DNA from: Candidatus Hydrogenedentota bacterium
Lineage (GTDB): Bacteria; Hydrogenedentota; Hydrogenedentia; Hydrogenedentales; SLHB01
Assembly: GCA_963745075.1 (NCBI GenBank)
Contig: CAVUWV010000018.1
Location: 256,001 to 320,000 of the forward strand
Direction of reading: 5' to 3'
Length of the DNA stretch: 64,000 nt
Part shown: piece by piece, positions 30,001 through 40,787 of the stretch
Numbering within the stretch: the first letter of the stretch is position 1
How the letters are laid out: every line of letters starts with the position of its first letter
Made by a program: the position numbers and the translations under genes
Notes under the pieces: model-generated
The model's input: the letters and a program-made list of their open reading frames with translations, nothing else
The model's database searches: none
What the model was told of the DNA's origin: nothing

Positions 30001-31394
30001 ATGAGCGTGTTGACTCCACGACAAATCGTAGACGAACTCGACAAGTACATCATCGGACAACACAGTGCCAAGCGAAAGGTTGCCGTGGCGTTGCGCAACC
30101 GCTGGCGCAGGCAACAGTTATCCGACGAGATGCGCGACGAAGTCATGCCGAAGAACATCATCATGATCGGTCCGACCGGCGTTGGAAAGACGGAGATTGC
30201 ACGCCGTCTCGCCAAGCTCGCCGACGCGCCCTTCGTAAAGGTGGAAGCCTCCAAGTTCACGGAAGTGGGTTACGTGGGCCGGGACTGCGAGTCGATGATT
30301 CGAGAACTGACCGAGGTTGCCCTGTCCATGGTGCGCGGCGAGATGGAAAAGGAACTCGAAGAACCCGCCAAGCGAGCCGCAGAGAACCGGCTTCTGGATC
30401 TTCTGCTCCCCCCCAGTCCGCGCAACGCGGACCCGAACGGGTGTACCGGCCCGGCGATCCGAGAGCCGGCGATGAAGCTCCCGCACCGACGCAAGAAGAC
30501 CAAGGTGAGGCACGGACTCGCGAAATCCTGCGTAAGAAGCTCGAAGCCGGGGATTTGGACGATCGGCAGATCGAGGTCGACGTTCGGGAGGCCGGAAAAA
30601 CGTCCATGATGCAGGTATTCTCGAACTCGGGCCTGGAAGAAATGGGCGTCAACATTCAGGAAATGTTCGGGCGGCTCATGCCTCAAAAGACGAAGCGCCG
30701 CAAGACAACGGTCGCCGAGGCACGCAAACTGCTTGAAGCGGAAGAACTCGACAACCTCATCGACATGGATGTGGTCGTCAAGCGGGCGGTGGAGCGCACG
30801 GAAAACTCGGGCATCGTGTTCCTGGACGAGATCGACAAGATCGCGGGCCGGGGTTCCGGCGGCCACGGCCCGGATGTTTCGCGGGAAGGCGTGCAGCGCG
30901 ACATCCTGCCCATCGTCGAAGGCAGCACGGTCACAACCAAGTACGGGCCGGTGAAGACGGACCATATCCTGTTCATTGCGGCCGGCGCGTTTCATATGAC
31001 CAAGGTGTCCGATCTGATTCCCGAACTGCAGGGCCGCTTCCCGATTCGCGTGGAACTCGACAGTCTCTTGGCGGGCGATTTCGTCCGCATTCTGCGCGAG
31101 CCGAAGAACTCGCTGGTCAAACAATACGAAGCCATGCTGGCCACGGAAGGCATCACCCTCGATTTTACGGACGACGCCGTGGAAGCGATCGCCCGCATCG
31201 CGGAGCAGGCGAATCTCGAAACGGAGAATATCGGCGCGCGCCGCTTGCACACCATCATGGAGTATCTCCTCGAGGAGCTCTCTTTTGAAGCCCCCGAGTC
31301 GCAGGACGGCCCGGTGCGGCTCGATGCAAAGCTGGTTGAAGATCGTTTGAAAGAAATCATCGAGAATCGCGACCTCAGCAAATACATCATATGA
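30001..31394 (+). CDS. hslU: ATP-dependent protease ATPase subunit HslU, one-base frameshift near 30435
   Basis: [42 protein letters not shown]; second frame [44 protein letters not shown]. Confidence 0.95.
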
Positions 31395-32095
31395 TCCACA
31401 TTCCGGAACTGGAGCGACTCGGTCTCGCAGTCGCGGCCATGTCGGACCGTAGCGACGGCGACTGCCGAAACCACGATCCGGCGGGAGATGCCGGCCGCCA
31501 AGCTTTTTGCGAGTCCCTTGGTATCCGCGCCGACGATCTCGTGTGCGCGCGGCAGGTTCACGGCGTAACAGTTGCACGTGCGACATCCTCGGATCGCGGC
31601 CGCGGCATTCTTCCCGACACGTCTGCCTTTCCCGAGACGGACGCTATCGTCACGGACGTGGCGGGGCTTCCCCTTGGCGTAACGGTTGCCGACTGCGTTC
31701 CGGTGTGGTTGTTCGATCCGGTTACGCGCAGCGCGGGTATCGTTCATGCGGGACGCGTGGGGACCTACCGGAATATCGTACGGGCAGCGATCGATGAACT
31801 GCGGTCGGCTTACGGGGTCAAACCGGAAGACGTTTACGCGGGGATTGGTCCATCGGCCGGGCCGGATTCGTACGAGGTGTCCGAGGAGATCGCGCAAGAG
31901 TTCGCGGCGGCGGGCTTGCCCACTCGAGGGAGGCGTCTTGACCTCTGGGAAGCGAATGTTCAGCAACTGGAGCAAATCGGCCTCCTGCGAAAGAACATTT
32001 ATGTAAGCGGGATTTGCACGATTCGGGATGGGCGATTCCACTCCCACCGCGCCCACCGCAACGGGATGCGGAACCTGGCCGCGATCGTGCTGTAA
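31391..32095 (+). CDS. pgeF: YfiH/PgeF-family (laccase-domain) protein
   Basis: [32 protein letters not shown]...FHSHR. Confidence 0.9.
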   Translation: MIHIPELERLGLAVAAMSDRSDGDCRNHDPAGDAGRQAFCESLGIRADDLVCARQVHGVTVARATSSDRGRGILPDTSAFPETDAIVTDVAGLPLGVTVADCVPVWLFDPVTRSAGIVHAGRVGTYRNIVRAAIDELRSAYGVKPEDVYAGIGPSAGPDSYEVSEEIAQEFAAAGLPTRGRRLDLWEANVQQLEQIGLLRKNIYVSGICTIRDGRFHSHRAHRNGMRNLAAIVL

Positions 32096-32198
32096 CCTCC
32101 CGGAATGCTCTCCGCCATTTCTGCGTTTCTTCTTGTAGACACTCGCCGTCTGCTCGTATCCTATTCAGTAGATATACTTCCCATCGAGATTACAGACT

Positions 32199-32591
32199 AT
32201 GCGTGACCTAAACGATATGTTGAACCACATGCAGGGCATCATGCGCGGCCTGGAAGGCGCGGCGCGACTGGAGCAGGTCCGGTCGTCGACCTGGCAACCT
32301 TTGGTGGATATCTACGAACGACCGAACAGTGTCGTCATCCTGGTTGAACTGCCGGGCGTGCGGAAAGAAGACATCCAAGTCACCGTTACGGATGGCGTGC
32401 TCCAGATTACCGGGGTGCGCAGCAAGCGGATGCCGGATCAAACGCGGCACGTGCATTTGATGGAGATTCCGTACGGCCCATTCGCGCGGTTTCTCCGCCT
32501 GCCCGAATGCGCAAACGTTGAACGGATCCAGGCGGATTTTGCGGACGGGTATCTGACGATTGAAGTACACAGAAAGGCTTGTAATGAGTGA
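32199..32591 (+). CDS. Hsp20/alpha-crystallin small heat shock protein
   Basis: WQPLVDIYE, ELPGV, GVLQITG, EIPYGPFAR, ADFADGYLTI. Confidence 0.92.
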   Translation: MRDLNDMLNHMQGIMRGLEGAARLEQVRSSTWQPLVDIYERPNSVVILVELPGVRKEDIQVTVTDGVLQITGVRSKRMPDQTRHVHLMEIPYGPFARFLRLPECANVERIQADFADGYLTIEVHRKACNE

Positions 32592-35013
32592 AGACTCGAA
32601 TGCCGTAATCGAGGCCATCGCCGAACCCGGTGGCGAGATCCCGGAAAAGCTGCCGGTCCTCATCCTGACCAGCCAGGTGGCGTTCCCCATGACCGTGCTG
32701 CCGTTTCGCGTCAGCGGCCAGGGCGATACGCAGCTTATCGACGACGCGTTGATGGCATCGCGGTTTGTCGGATTGCTGATGCGCCGCAATGGACAAAGCG
32801 ATGCCAAGACCATCGACAACGCGTATGAGGTCGGGTGCGCCGCGCGCATTCTCCAGATGCAACGGGTCGCGGACGGTTCGATGAATGTCGTGATTCAGGC
32901 GCTTCGCCGGTTCCGCGTGGCCGGTGTAGAGCAGCGCGAACCGTATCCGGTTGTCCGGGTCGACTTGCTTTCGGATTCCACGGGCGACGACAAGTCCCTG
33001 GTACCGTTGGCAACCGCAGTCCGAATGCAGATGTCGCGTTTGATAACACTCTCCCCCGATATCCCGGACGCGGCCGGCCAGGTGTTGGACAACATCGACG
33101 ATCCCGGTTTCCTCGCGGACTTGGTCGCAGGCAACCTGAATATCGCGGTTGAGGAAAAACAGAAGATCCTCGAGATGACCGACCGAAAGAAGCGGTTGGA
33201 ACGCCTGACCTTTCTGCTGGCCCGAGAAGTCGAAATGATGGAATTGTCGGACAAGATTCGCAACGACGTGCGCAGTTCCATCGACAAGAGCCAGCGCGAA
33301 TACTTCCTCCGGCAACAGTTGAAGGCGATTCAGGACGAACTGGGCGAATCGGAACAGGCCTCACCGGAGGTCGGCGACTACCGGCAGAAGATCGAAGCGC
33401 TGACGTTGAAGGACGAGGTCAAGAAGGAAGCCTTGCGCGAGTTGAATCGTCTTAGCCAGATGAATGAGGCCAGTGCCGAGTATCATGTCATCACTTCCTA
33501 CCTCGACTGGATCGTCGAGCTGCCATGGAACACCGCGACGGAAGACAATCTGGACACGCAGCGCGCCGAAAGTATTCTGAATGAGGATCACTACGGTCTC
33601 GAAAAAGTGAAGCGGCGCATTGTCGAGTATCTGGCCGTGCGAAAACTGAAGCCGGACGCCCATGGTCCCATCCTGTGTTTCGTTGGGCCCCCGGGCGTAG
33701 GCAAAACGTCGCTCGGACAATCCATCGCGCGGGCCTTGGGACGAAAGTTCGTTCGCATGTCCCTCGGCGGGATGCGGGACGAGGCCGAGATCCGGGGTCA
33801 CCGAAAGACCTACGTGGGCGCGCTACCGGGCCGGATCATTCAGAACATCCGCAAGGCCCAGTCGAACAATCCCGTCTTCATGCTGGATGAGATCGACAAA
33901 CTGGGATCGGACTTTCGCGGCGATCCCTCGTCCGCCCTGCTCGAAGTATTGGATCCGGCGCAAAACAACACGTTTTCGGATCTGTATCTGAACGTTCCGT
34001 TTGACCTGTCGAGCGTGATGTTCATCGCCACGGCAAACATGCTGGATACTATTCCATGGGCGCTGCGGGACCGGATGGAGATCATCGACATCCCGGGCTA
34101 CACGCTTGAAGAGAAATTGCATATTGCGCGGAAATATCTCGTGCCGCGTCAATTGGAAGCGCACGGACTCAACAAAAAGCGTTTGAAGTTCTCCGCCGCC
34201 GCGCTTCGACTCATCATCAACGGGTACACGCGTGAAGCCGGCGTCCGCAATCTCGAGCGGGAAATTGCGAACGTGTGCCGGGGGTGTGCGCGTTCTTTTG
34301 CCGAGGGCCGGCGGAAACCCATCAAAATCGAGGTCGGCGACATCCCCAAATTCCTGGGCAACCAAAAGGTCTATCGCGAGGTAGCGGAGCGCACCCGTAT
34401 TCCGGGAGTCGCGACCGGGCTGGCCTGGACCGCAACCGGCGGCGATATCCTGTTCATCGAGGCGACGCGCATGCCGGGCAAGGGCGGGCTCGTGCTGACG
34501 GGCCAGCTCGGCGACGTGATGAAGGAATCCGCGCAGGCGGTCATGAGCTACGTGCGCGCCAATGCCACGGATCTCGGCATCGACCCCGAGGAATTCAGCA
34601 AGTTCGACGTCCACATCCACGTGCCCGCCGGCGCCGTGCCCAAGGATGGACCCAGCGCCGGCGTAACGATTCTTACTGCCGTGACGTCCCTCTTGACGGG
34701 CACGACCGTGAAGAATGGCCTTGCCATGACGGGCGAGATTACGTTGCGCGGGTTGGTGCTGCCGGTGGGCGGCATCAAGGAAAAGGTGCTCGCGGCATCG
34801 CGGGCCGGCATCAAGGAACTCGTTCTTCCGGAGCGGTGCAAAAACGATCTCGCGGACGTGCCGGAAAGCGCCAAGAAGAAACTGAACATACACTTCGTGA
34901 CGCACATGAGTGACGTGCTTTCGATCGCGCTCGGTCTGGGGGGTACCAGGACCGATGGGAAGGTCACTTCGAAGAAGCCAAAGGCAACGTCGCGATCCAA
35001 AACGCGCAAGTAG
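32584..35013 (+). CDS. lon: Lon protease
   Basis: QREYFLRQQLKAI, DHYGL, GPPGVGKTS, PKDGPSAG, PVGGIKEK. Confidence 0.98.
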   Translation: MSEDSNAVIEAIAEPGGEIPEKLPVLILTSQVAFPMTVLPFRVSGQGDTQLIDDALMASRFVGLLMRRNGQSDAKTIDNAYEVGCAARILQMQRVADGSMNVVIQALRRFRVAGVEQREPYPVVRVDLLSDSTGDDKSLVPLATAVRMQMSRLITLSPDIPDAAGQVLDNIDDPGFLADLVAGNLNIAVEEKQKILEMTDRKKRLERLTFLLAREVEMMELSDKIRNDVRSSIDKSQREYFLRQQLKAIQDELGESEQASPEVGDYRQKIEALTLKDEVKKEALRELNRLSQMNEASAEYHVITSYLDWIVELPWNTATEDNLDTQRAESILNEDHYGLEKVKRRIVEYLAVRKLKPDAHGPILCFVGPPGVGKTSLGQSIARALGRKFVRMSLGGMRDEAEIRGHRKTYVGALPGRIIQNIRKAQSNNPVFMLDEIDKLGSDFRGDPSSALLEVLDPAQNNTFSDLYLNVPFDLSSVMFIATANMLDTIPWALRDRMEIIDIPGYTLEEKLHIARKYLVPRQLEAHGLNKKRLKFSAAALRLIINGYTREAGVRNLEREIANVCRGCARSFAEGRRKPIKIEVGDIPKFLGNQKVYREVAERTRIPGVATGLAWTATGGDILFIEATRMPGKGGLVLTGQLGDVMKESAQAVMSYVRANATDLGIDPEEFSKFDVHIHVPAGAVPKDGPSAGVTILTAVTSLLTGTTVKNGLAMTGEITLRGLVLPVGGIKEKVLAASRAGIKELVLPERCKNDLADVPESAKKKLNIHFVTHMSDVLSIALGLGGTRTDGKVTSKKPKATSRSKTRK

Positions 35014-35031
35014 TCCGTACGCCCGCGGACG

Positions 35032-35649
35032 TTAAAGAATGTTCAGTGACGCGTACGCGTCCACATCGATCTGTGCATCCCACGTGATGGCGTTTTCGGG
35101 GACCGACCCGGTGACCCGCACGCGGAGCGTCGGGCACCCCTGACCCGGCATGGTGTCGTTTTCCTGGATCAGTTTGAGGAGGTCGACATCTTTCGGTGGT
35201 TCAATCTCGATGGTGTCGCCAAACCCGGTCAAGGAGTAGGCGCCGCCCAGGTTCACGGTATTAAAAATGCTTCCGTTTCGAGGGACGAAATAGACCTGGA
35301 TGGCCTTCACGTCTCGAAAATCGCCATTCGCCGCATGGAGGACCGTGCGTTGCAGTTGGACCCGGCTCAGTTTGACGACGCTACTCAGATCGATACTCCC
35401 CGCCTGACGAAATACGTCGGTCAAGTCGTTCTCCGTAGGCAGCGAACAAAGATCCTGCTCGATCACGCCCGAAACCAGGGGCAATCCTTGCGCCTGAGGA
35501 TACGTCGAAGTGTCCAAAACACCGGACGCTACCGGCAACGAGAACGAGACGGGGCCAATTTCGAGCCCGCCGTTCTTCAACCCGCACCCAGTGCCAAGAA
35601 CGACGCCAAACACAACAACCAACACCGCCAACCCATGATTCCAGCGCAT
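35032..35649 (-). CDS. Putative lipoprotein
   Basis: Hydrophobic signal ending LGTGC; beta-rich mature part. Confidence 0.7.
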   Translation of the reverse strand: MRWNHGLAVLVVVFGVVLGTGCGLKNGGLEIGPVSFSLPVASGVLDTSTYPQAQGLPLVSGVIEQDLCSLPTENDLTDVFRQAGSIDLSSVVKLSRVQLQRTVLHAANGDFRDVKAIQVYFVPRNGSIFNTVNLGGAYSLTGFGDTIEIEPPKDVDLLKLIQENDTMPGQGCPTLRVRVTGSVPENAITWDAQIDVDAYASLNIL

Positions 35650-35823
35650 ACTGCGAATACTCCACACTGCTTACCATTTACCCGCACCAACTTGACCGCC
35701 CGTTCAGGCACTTGGTTTTCACGAAGGCCTTGGGGTAGATTCGACACGGTCTAACGATCACAGTACCGGTCGGCGATTCGGGCATTACATCGATCTGCAA
35801 GCACAGGCGTACACGAGAAACTC

Positions 35824-37524
35824 ATGAACAAGAAAGACGTTGCCAAGATCCTTGAAGAAATCGCGATTCTCCTCGAACTGTCGGGAGAGAACCCTTTTAA
35901 GTCGCGTTCCTACGAAAACGTGGCGCGGGCGCTCGAACAGCACGAGGAAGATATCGAGACCCTCGTTAAGGAGAAACGCCTCCGGGAGATCAAAGGCGTC
36001 GGCGATGCCCTCGAACAGAAGATCGAAGAGTTGGTCACCACAGGCACGCTGGAGTACCACCAGGAGCTACGCTCCAAGTTCCCGGAGACCTTGTTCGAAC
36101 TGTTCGGCATCCCCGGGCTGGGTGCGAAACGTATCAAACAGTTGTACGAGGAACTCGGCATCAAGTCGCTGGCCGAATTGGAGGCCGCGTGCAACGGCGA
36201 CGAGATGACCAACCTGAAAGGGTTCGGCGACAAAATGCGCCAGAAGATCCTGGACGGTATTTCGTTGGTCAAGAAACACCGGGGTTTGTATCTCCTCAAT
36301 CGGGCTTGGACCGAGGCAACGATGCTGCGCGACTACCTCGCAAAGGACAAATCCGTTATCCGCATCGAGATCGCGGGCAGTCTGCGGCGACGCAAGGAAG
36401 TCATCAAGGACATCGACATTCTGGCGTCGTCCAAGAATCCCAAGAAACTGATGGAGCGATTCGTCGAAGCCGAGCGCGTCGATCGTGTCACGGGCCATGG
36501 CGACACCAAATCCAGCGTTATCTTGAAATCCGGCATCGCGGCCGACTTGCGGGTCGTGACGGACGAAGAGTTTCCCTATGCCCTCCACCATTTCACGGGC
36601 AGCAAGGAACACAACGTCGCCATGCGGCAACGCGCGAAAGATATGGACCTGAAAATGAACGAGTACGGCCTGTTCCGCGGCGATAAGAATGTGAAGTGCA
36701 AGGACGAAGCGGCCATCTTCAAGGAACTCGATCTGCCCTTCATACCGCCGGAACTGCGGGAGGACATGGGCGAACTCGACGTAAAGAAAATCCCGAAACT
36801 GGTCGAACGCGACGACCTCGTCGGCCTGATCCACTGTCATTCCACGTACAGCGACGGCCGGGACACCATCGAACACATGGCCGAAGCGGCAACAGAGCGC
36901 GGCTATAAGTACCTGATTCTCGCCGACCACAGCCAGTCCGCAGCCTACGCGGGCGGCCTTACGCCGGACAAGGTGAAGAAGCAGCATGGCGAGATCGACA
37001 AGCTCAACAAGAAACTCAAGGGATTCCGCATCTTCAAAGGCATCGAGTCGGACATCCGGACCGACGGTTCGCTGGACTACGAGGAAGACGTATTAAAATC
37101 CTTCGACTTCATCATCGCCTCCGTTCACAGCAAACTGGAGATGAGCCAAGACGAAGCGACGAAACGGGTGGTCAAAGCCATTGAGAACCCGTATACCAGT
37201 ATCCTGGGCCATCCAACCGGCCGGTTGTTGCTGTCACGCGACGGGTATCCGCTCGATTACGAAAAGGTCTTCGACGCCTGCCGCGCGAACAACGTCGCCA
37301 TCGAAATTAACGCCAATCCCCATCGACTGGATCTGGATTGGCGCTATATCAAACGCGCGAAGGACAAGGGCCTTTGGTTCAGCATCGGCCCCGACGCCCA
37401 CGAAGTCGCCGGCATCGACAACGTCGAGTACGGCGTCGGTATCGCGCGTAAGGGTTGGATTGAGCCGAAGAATCTGATCAACTGCCTGAGCGCCGAAAAA
37501 TTGCTGAAGTGGCGGACAAGATAG
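35824..37524 (+). CDS. polX: DNA polymerase X / PHP 3'-5' exonuclease
   Basis: GENPFK, HhH motifs, AGSLRR, DIDIL, HFTGSKEHN, HCHSTYSDG, GHPTGR, PDAH. Confidence 0.96.
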   Translation: MNKKDVAKILEEIAILLELSGENPFKSRSYENVARALEQHEEDIETLVKEKRLREIKGVGDALEQKIEELVTTGTLEYHQELRSKFPETLFELFGIPGLGAKRIKQLYEELGIKSLAELEAACNGDEMTNLKGFGDKMRQKILDGISLVKKHRGLYLLNRAWTEATMLRDYLAKDKSVIRIEIAGSLRRRKEVIKDIDILASSKNPKKLMERFVEAERVDRVTGHGDTKSSVILKSGIAADLRVVTDEEFPYALHHFTGSKEHNVAMRQRAKDMDLKMNEYGLFRGDKNVKCKDEAAIFKELDLPFIPPELREDMGELDVKKIPKLVERDDLVGLIHCHSTYSDGRDTIEHMAEAATERGYKYLILADHSQSAAYAGGLTPDKVKKQHGEIDKLNKKLKGFRIFKGIESDIRTDGSLDYEEDVLKSFDFIIASVHSKLEMSQDEATKRVVKAIENPYTSILGHPTGRLLLSRDGYPLDYEKVFDACRANNVAIEINANPHRLDLDWRYIKRAKDKGLWFSIGPDAHEVAGIDNVEYGVGIARKGWIEPKNLINCLSAEKLLKWRTR

Positions 37525-37530
37525 TAAACC

Positions 37531-37691
37531 AAGAACATCCCCCTTAGTCCCCCTTCAAAGGGGGAGTTCACCACAACGCTTTGCGTTGTGGTAAGGGCAA
37601 CCGAAGGCCTATCCCAAAGCGCGGGGCCAATCAAATGCCAAGAGACGTGGCCGTGCAATTTCCCCCTTTGAAGGGGGATCAAGGGGGATGT
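37531..37691. repeat. Inverted pair of REP-like repeats (copies 2 and 3)
   Basis: aagaacatcccccttagtcccccttcaaagggggagtt (37531-37568) and aatttccccctttgaagggggatcaagggggatgt (37657-37691), same family as 23-60. Confidence 0.85.
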
Positions 37692-37739
37692 AGGCCTGCG
37701 TCATACAACGACGTTGCCGGCCAGATAGGAGAATCTTCA

Positions 37740-38417
37740 ATGCCCACGTTCAAGAAAACGATCGCGGCACAGAAGGAGCGCGCGCTGGACGTAGTGCAAC
37801 GTCTGGAGGCGGAGTATCCGAACGCGACGTGCTCGCTGGACTACAAGAACCCGGTACAACTCATGGTGGCGACCATCCTCGCCGCGCAGTGTACGGACGA
37901 ACGCGTCAACATCGTGACGAAGTCGTTGTTCAAGCAGTACAAGTCCGCCAAAGCCTTTGCGAATGCACCTGACGGCGAACTCGAAGAGGCCATCCGCACC
38001 TGCGGATTCTACCGGCAAAAGTCGAAGAGCATCCGCGAAGCCTGCCGCGACATTGTCGAGAAACACGGCGGCAAAATCCCAAACTCCATGGAGGACTTGG
38101 TGAAGCTGCGCGGCGTCGGACGCAAGACAGCGAACGTCCTCATGGCCGAATGCTTCGAGCCCGTTGGCGTCATTGTCGACACCCACTGCAAACGCCTCAG
38201 CAACCGTCTCGGTTTCACGACGAAATCCGACCCCGACAAGATCGAGCAGGACATCATGAAGCTTCTCCCGCAAGAACACTGGCGGATGTATTCCCATTGC
38301 CTCGTGTTCCACGGGCGCGCCGTGTGCAACGCACGAAGCCCGAAGTGTTCCGAGTGCGTCGTGCGGAATCTGTGTCCGTTCCCGGAGACCAAGGAGGGGA
38401 AGAAGATCGCGAAGTAA
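37740..38417 (+). CDS. nth: Endonuclease III
   Basis: ILAAQCTDERVN, HhH LRGVGRKTANV, VDTH, C-X6-C-X2-C-X5-C Fe-S motif. Confidence 0.96.
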   Translation: MPTFKKTIAAQKERALDVVQRLEAEYPNATCSLDYKNPVQLMVATILAAQCTDERVNIVTKSLFKQYKSAKAFANAPDGELEEAIRTCGFYRQKSKSIREACRDIVEKHGGKIPNSMEDLVKLRGVGRKTANVLMAECFEPVGVIVDTHCKRLSNRLGFTTKSDPDKIEQDIMKLLPQEHWRMYSHCLVFHGRAVCNARSPKCSECVVRNLCPFPETKEGKKIAK

Positions 38418-38422
38418 TTGGG

Positions 38423-38528
38423 AAAAAGAGACCGCAGGGACATTAGGGACAACAGAGACTCCGGAAACGCTACCCCGGCTGATGCTGACCGTCCTTGCTG
38501 TCGCTGTTGTCGCTGCTGTCCCTCTTTT
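38423..38528. repeat. Two opposed arrays of a 9-bp unit (AG[GCA]GACNNN) between convergent genes
   Basis: agagaccgc agggacatt agggacaac agagac, then the inverted array gtccttgct gtcgctgtt gtcgctgct gtccctc. Confidence 0.65.
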
Positions 38529-39255
38529 ACCTCGGCCCCACGAAGAACCGATCCAGAAACGCCGTCATCTCCGGAATATACCGATCCTTATTAATCCCCG
38601 TGTCGTAGTGATCGCCGTGCGTTTCGACGAACGCCTTGGGCTCGTTGGCGCGCTCGTACAGGCCGCGGCCGTGCCGGATGGGGAACAACGTATCGTCCTT
38701 GCTGTGAATGATCATAACGGGATAGCGCACGGTGCCGATCTTGTCCTTGTTCGAGAGGTGATACCGAATAAGCAAGCCCCACGGTCCCCATGGCGTGTGG
38801 TCGCTCGCGGCTTCGGGAATGGACAGGTAGGTGCTCTCGAGCACCAGCGCGCCCGCGTCGACCTCCGTCGGCTGTCCCGTGCTGCGGCCGAAACCGCCAT
38901 AGTCGAAGATCAGCGTCGAGAATCCCAGCGCCCGGTGCATTCCCGTCGCAGGGAAGTGCATGGACAAGTTTCCGCCGTTCCCGTGGCAATAGAGGACCAC
39001 GCCTTTCGCATTCTCGACGGGAAGATACCAGCCATAGGTGGTCTCCTTCCCGACGGGGACGGTAACCTCTTCGAGCGGCCAGTCATGCACCTTTGGCGTG
39101 ATCGTGATACCGGGTTCCCCTTGCGCAATGAGCAACGTCTGGGCGAAGTAGAAGACCACGTAGAACCCGACAAGCGAGACAATGAGTAGTATCCCCAGTC
39201 GTCGCAACCGTCGCCATATTCCAAGTGCGTTGGACTTCTTCGGTGCATTCACCAT
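38527..39255 (-). pseudogene. ABHD-type alpha/beta hydrolase lacking the nucleophile segment
   Basis: VLYCHGNGGN, FDYGGFGRSTGQPTE joined directly to VDAGALVLESTY; IIHSKDD present; no GxSxG anywhere. Confidence 0.7.
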
Positions 39256-39280
39256 ATTATGATTACAGTAAGGTTTTCAC

Positions 39281-40558
39281 ATGGCAAGGTGCAAGCTAAC
39301 GCACCCGGGAATCGCAATCGTGGCCACGAGTCTCGAAAAACTGCCCTATAAGAAGAACTTTTCCCCGCCGATAACACCGCTCATGCGTTCCATCTGGCTC
39401 ACGTATCTCGGTCTCGCAGGCTCGCTCATGATCGCGGCATTCCTGTCCCGCCTTTCGTTATTCGACTGGGACACATTTCAGCGAATGTCCGAAAAGACCG
39501 GGGAAGCGATGGTCGTCCCCATGACGGCACGACTGACGATATGGGCGTTTGCCTCGGACCCATGGCTTGGGATCTTATGGGGTGCATTTGTCGGTACGCT
39601 GTTGATGCTTCAACTGAATGCGGATCAGCATAGACATCTCGATTACTACGCGGAGCGGATGGTTCGCCAAAACCGCATTTCATTTCGGGGTTTCTCCGAT
39701 CGGAGAATTTGGACCGTCTTAGGGTGGGTCACCGGATTCGTGCTTCTGGACGTCGTCGGCGCGTATGTCCTGAACGTGTCCCCGAAGACGTCGTTGCCCG
39801 CGATGCTAATTCCCGCGTTCCTGTCCTATCGCGTCGATAAGAGCATCTACGAGCTCGCCAAACAGAACTACGCTGTTGCGCTGGACCAAGGTCTGATTCC
39901 AAACGGCTCGCTTCATCCCAGCCGCGGACAGTATTTCAATCTCGTTTTTGCATTGGTAGGAAGTATTGCGATTACCGTCTGTTTCTCGATATTCCTCGCA
40001 TCGGTCTGGAGCGAACTCGGTAGTTTTCGCGACCATAATCTGGAAATGACCGGAATGACCCGCACACCGGAGGAGGCCCAGGCGCTGGAAAAGCAACTGG
40101 AACGCAACCCCGACAACCGGGACGCACACGTGATTCTCGCCGCGTACTACGGAGGCGCTCGATTCGAAGTTCCCGAGGGCGATCAAGACGCGATGCGGCA
40201 GGCGTACTACCGCCACACGCTCTGGCTTATTGAGCATGCGCCGGAGAATTTTGCGGCGATACTGCTATTTCCGCGTGACGGGGAAGCGTACAAAGAGGCA
40301 CGGCGCCTGTGGCAGCGGAATATCGAGACCAAGGCAGACGATCCGAGAGTGTTGATAAACGCGGCCAGCTTCTTCGACGATACCGATCCAGCGTTGGCCG
40401 AAGAAATCCTCCGAAAGGGTCAAGCGCTTGAACCGGATAATCCGGAGTGGAAAGAGGAAATAACCAAACTTCATCTGCAGACACTGAAACGTGCCGAACG
40501 CGACCTGGATCGCAAAGACGTACTCGAGCGCATTCCCTATAACGACGAGGACGACTAG
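39281..40558 (+). CDS. Membrane protein with C-terminal TPR-like helical domain
   Basis: About five TM segments then EEAQALEKQLERNPDN...AEEILRKGQALEPDNPEW. Confidence 0.7.
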   Translation: MARCKLTHPGIAIVATSLEKLPYKKNFSPPITPLMRSIWLTYLGLAGSLMIAAFLSRLSLFDWDTFQRMSEKTGEAMVVPMTARLTIWAFASDPWLGILWGAFVGTLLMLQLNADQHRHLDYYAERMVRQNRISFRGFSDRRIWTVLGWVTGFVLLDVVGAYVLNVSPKTSLPAMLIPAFLSYRVDKSIYELAKQNYAVALDQGLIPNGSLHPSRGQYFNLVFALVGSIAITVCFSIFLASVWSELGSFRDHNLEMTGMTRTPEEAQALEKQLERNPDNRDAHVILAAYYGGARFEVPEGDQDAMRQAYYRHTLWLIEHAPENFAAILLFPRDGEAYKEARRLWQRNIETKADDPRVLINAASFFDDTDPALAEEILRKGQALEPDNPEWKEEITKLHLQTLKRAERDLDRKDVLERIPYNDEDD

Positions 40559-40624
40559 TCGGGTCCGGATTTCCAGTGTCTTTTCAAGATCCGCACGAAG
40601 TCTTCAGAAGAATGAGTGGCACAA

Positions 40625-40713
40625 TGTAGACGCGGCTTCCAGCCGCGTTGAGTCTTCTCTTGCCTGGCGTGACTTACCGGGAAGAGCTAACGCGGCTGGA
40701 AGCCGCGTCTACA
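40625..40713. repeat. REPIN-like doublet of GTAG-class REP
   Basis: Perfect 25-bp inverted repeat tgtagacgcggcttccagccgcgtt / aacgcggctggaagccgcgtctaca, each arm with an internal palindrome. Confidence 0.88.
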
Positions 40714-40787
40714 CAGGTCGCCGCCCTTGCAGCGCATGTTGTGCTTACCGCACAATCCCTTCGACGACACGAAACCTGGGTGCGATA

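Noticed and set aside
32096..32198. CIRCE/HrcA or sigma32 site upstream of hsp20-lon
   Set aside because: No TTAGCACTC-N9-GAGTGCTAA and no convincing sigma32 consensus
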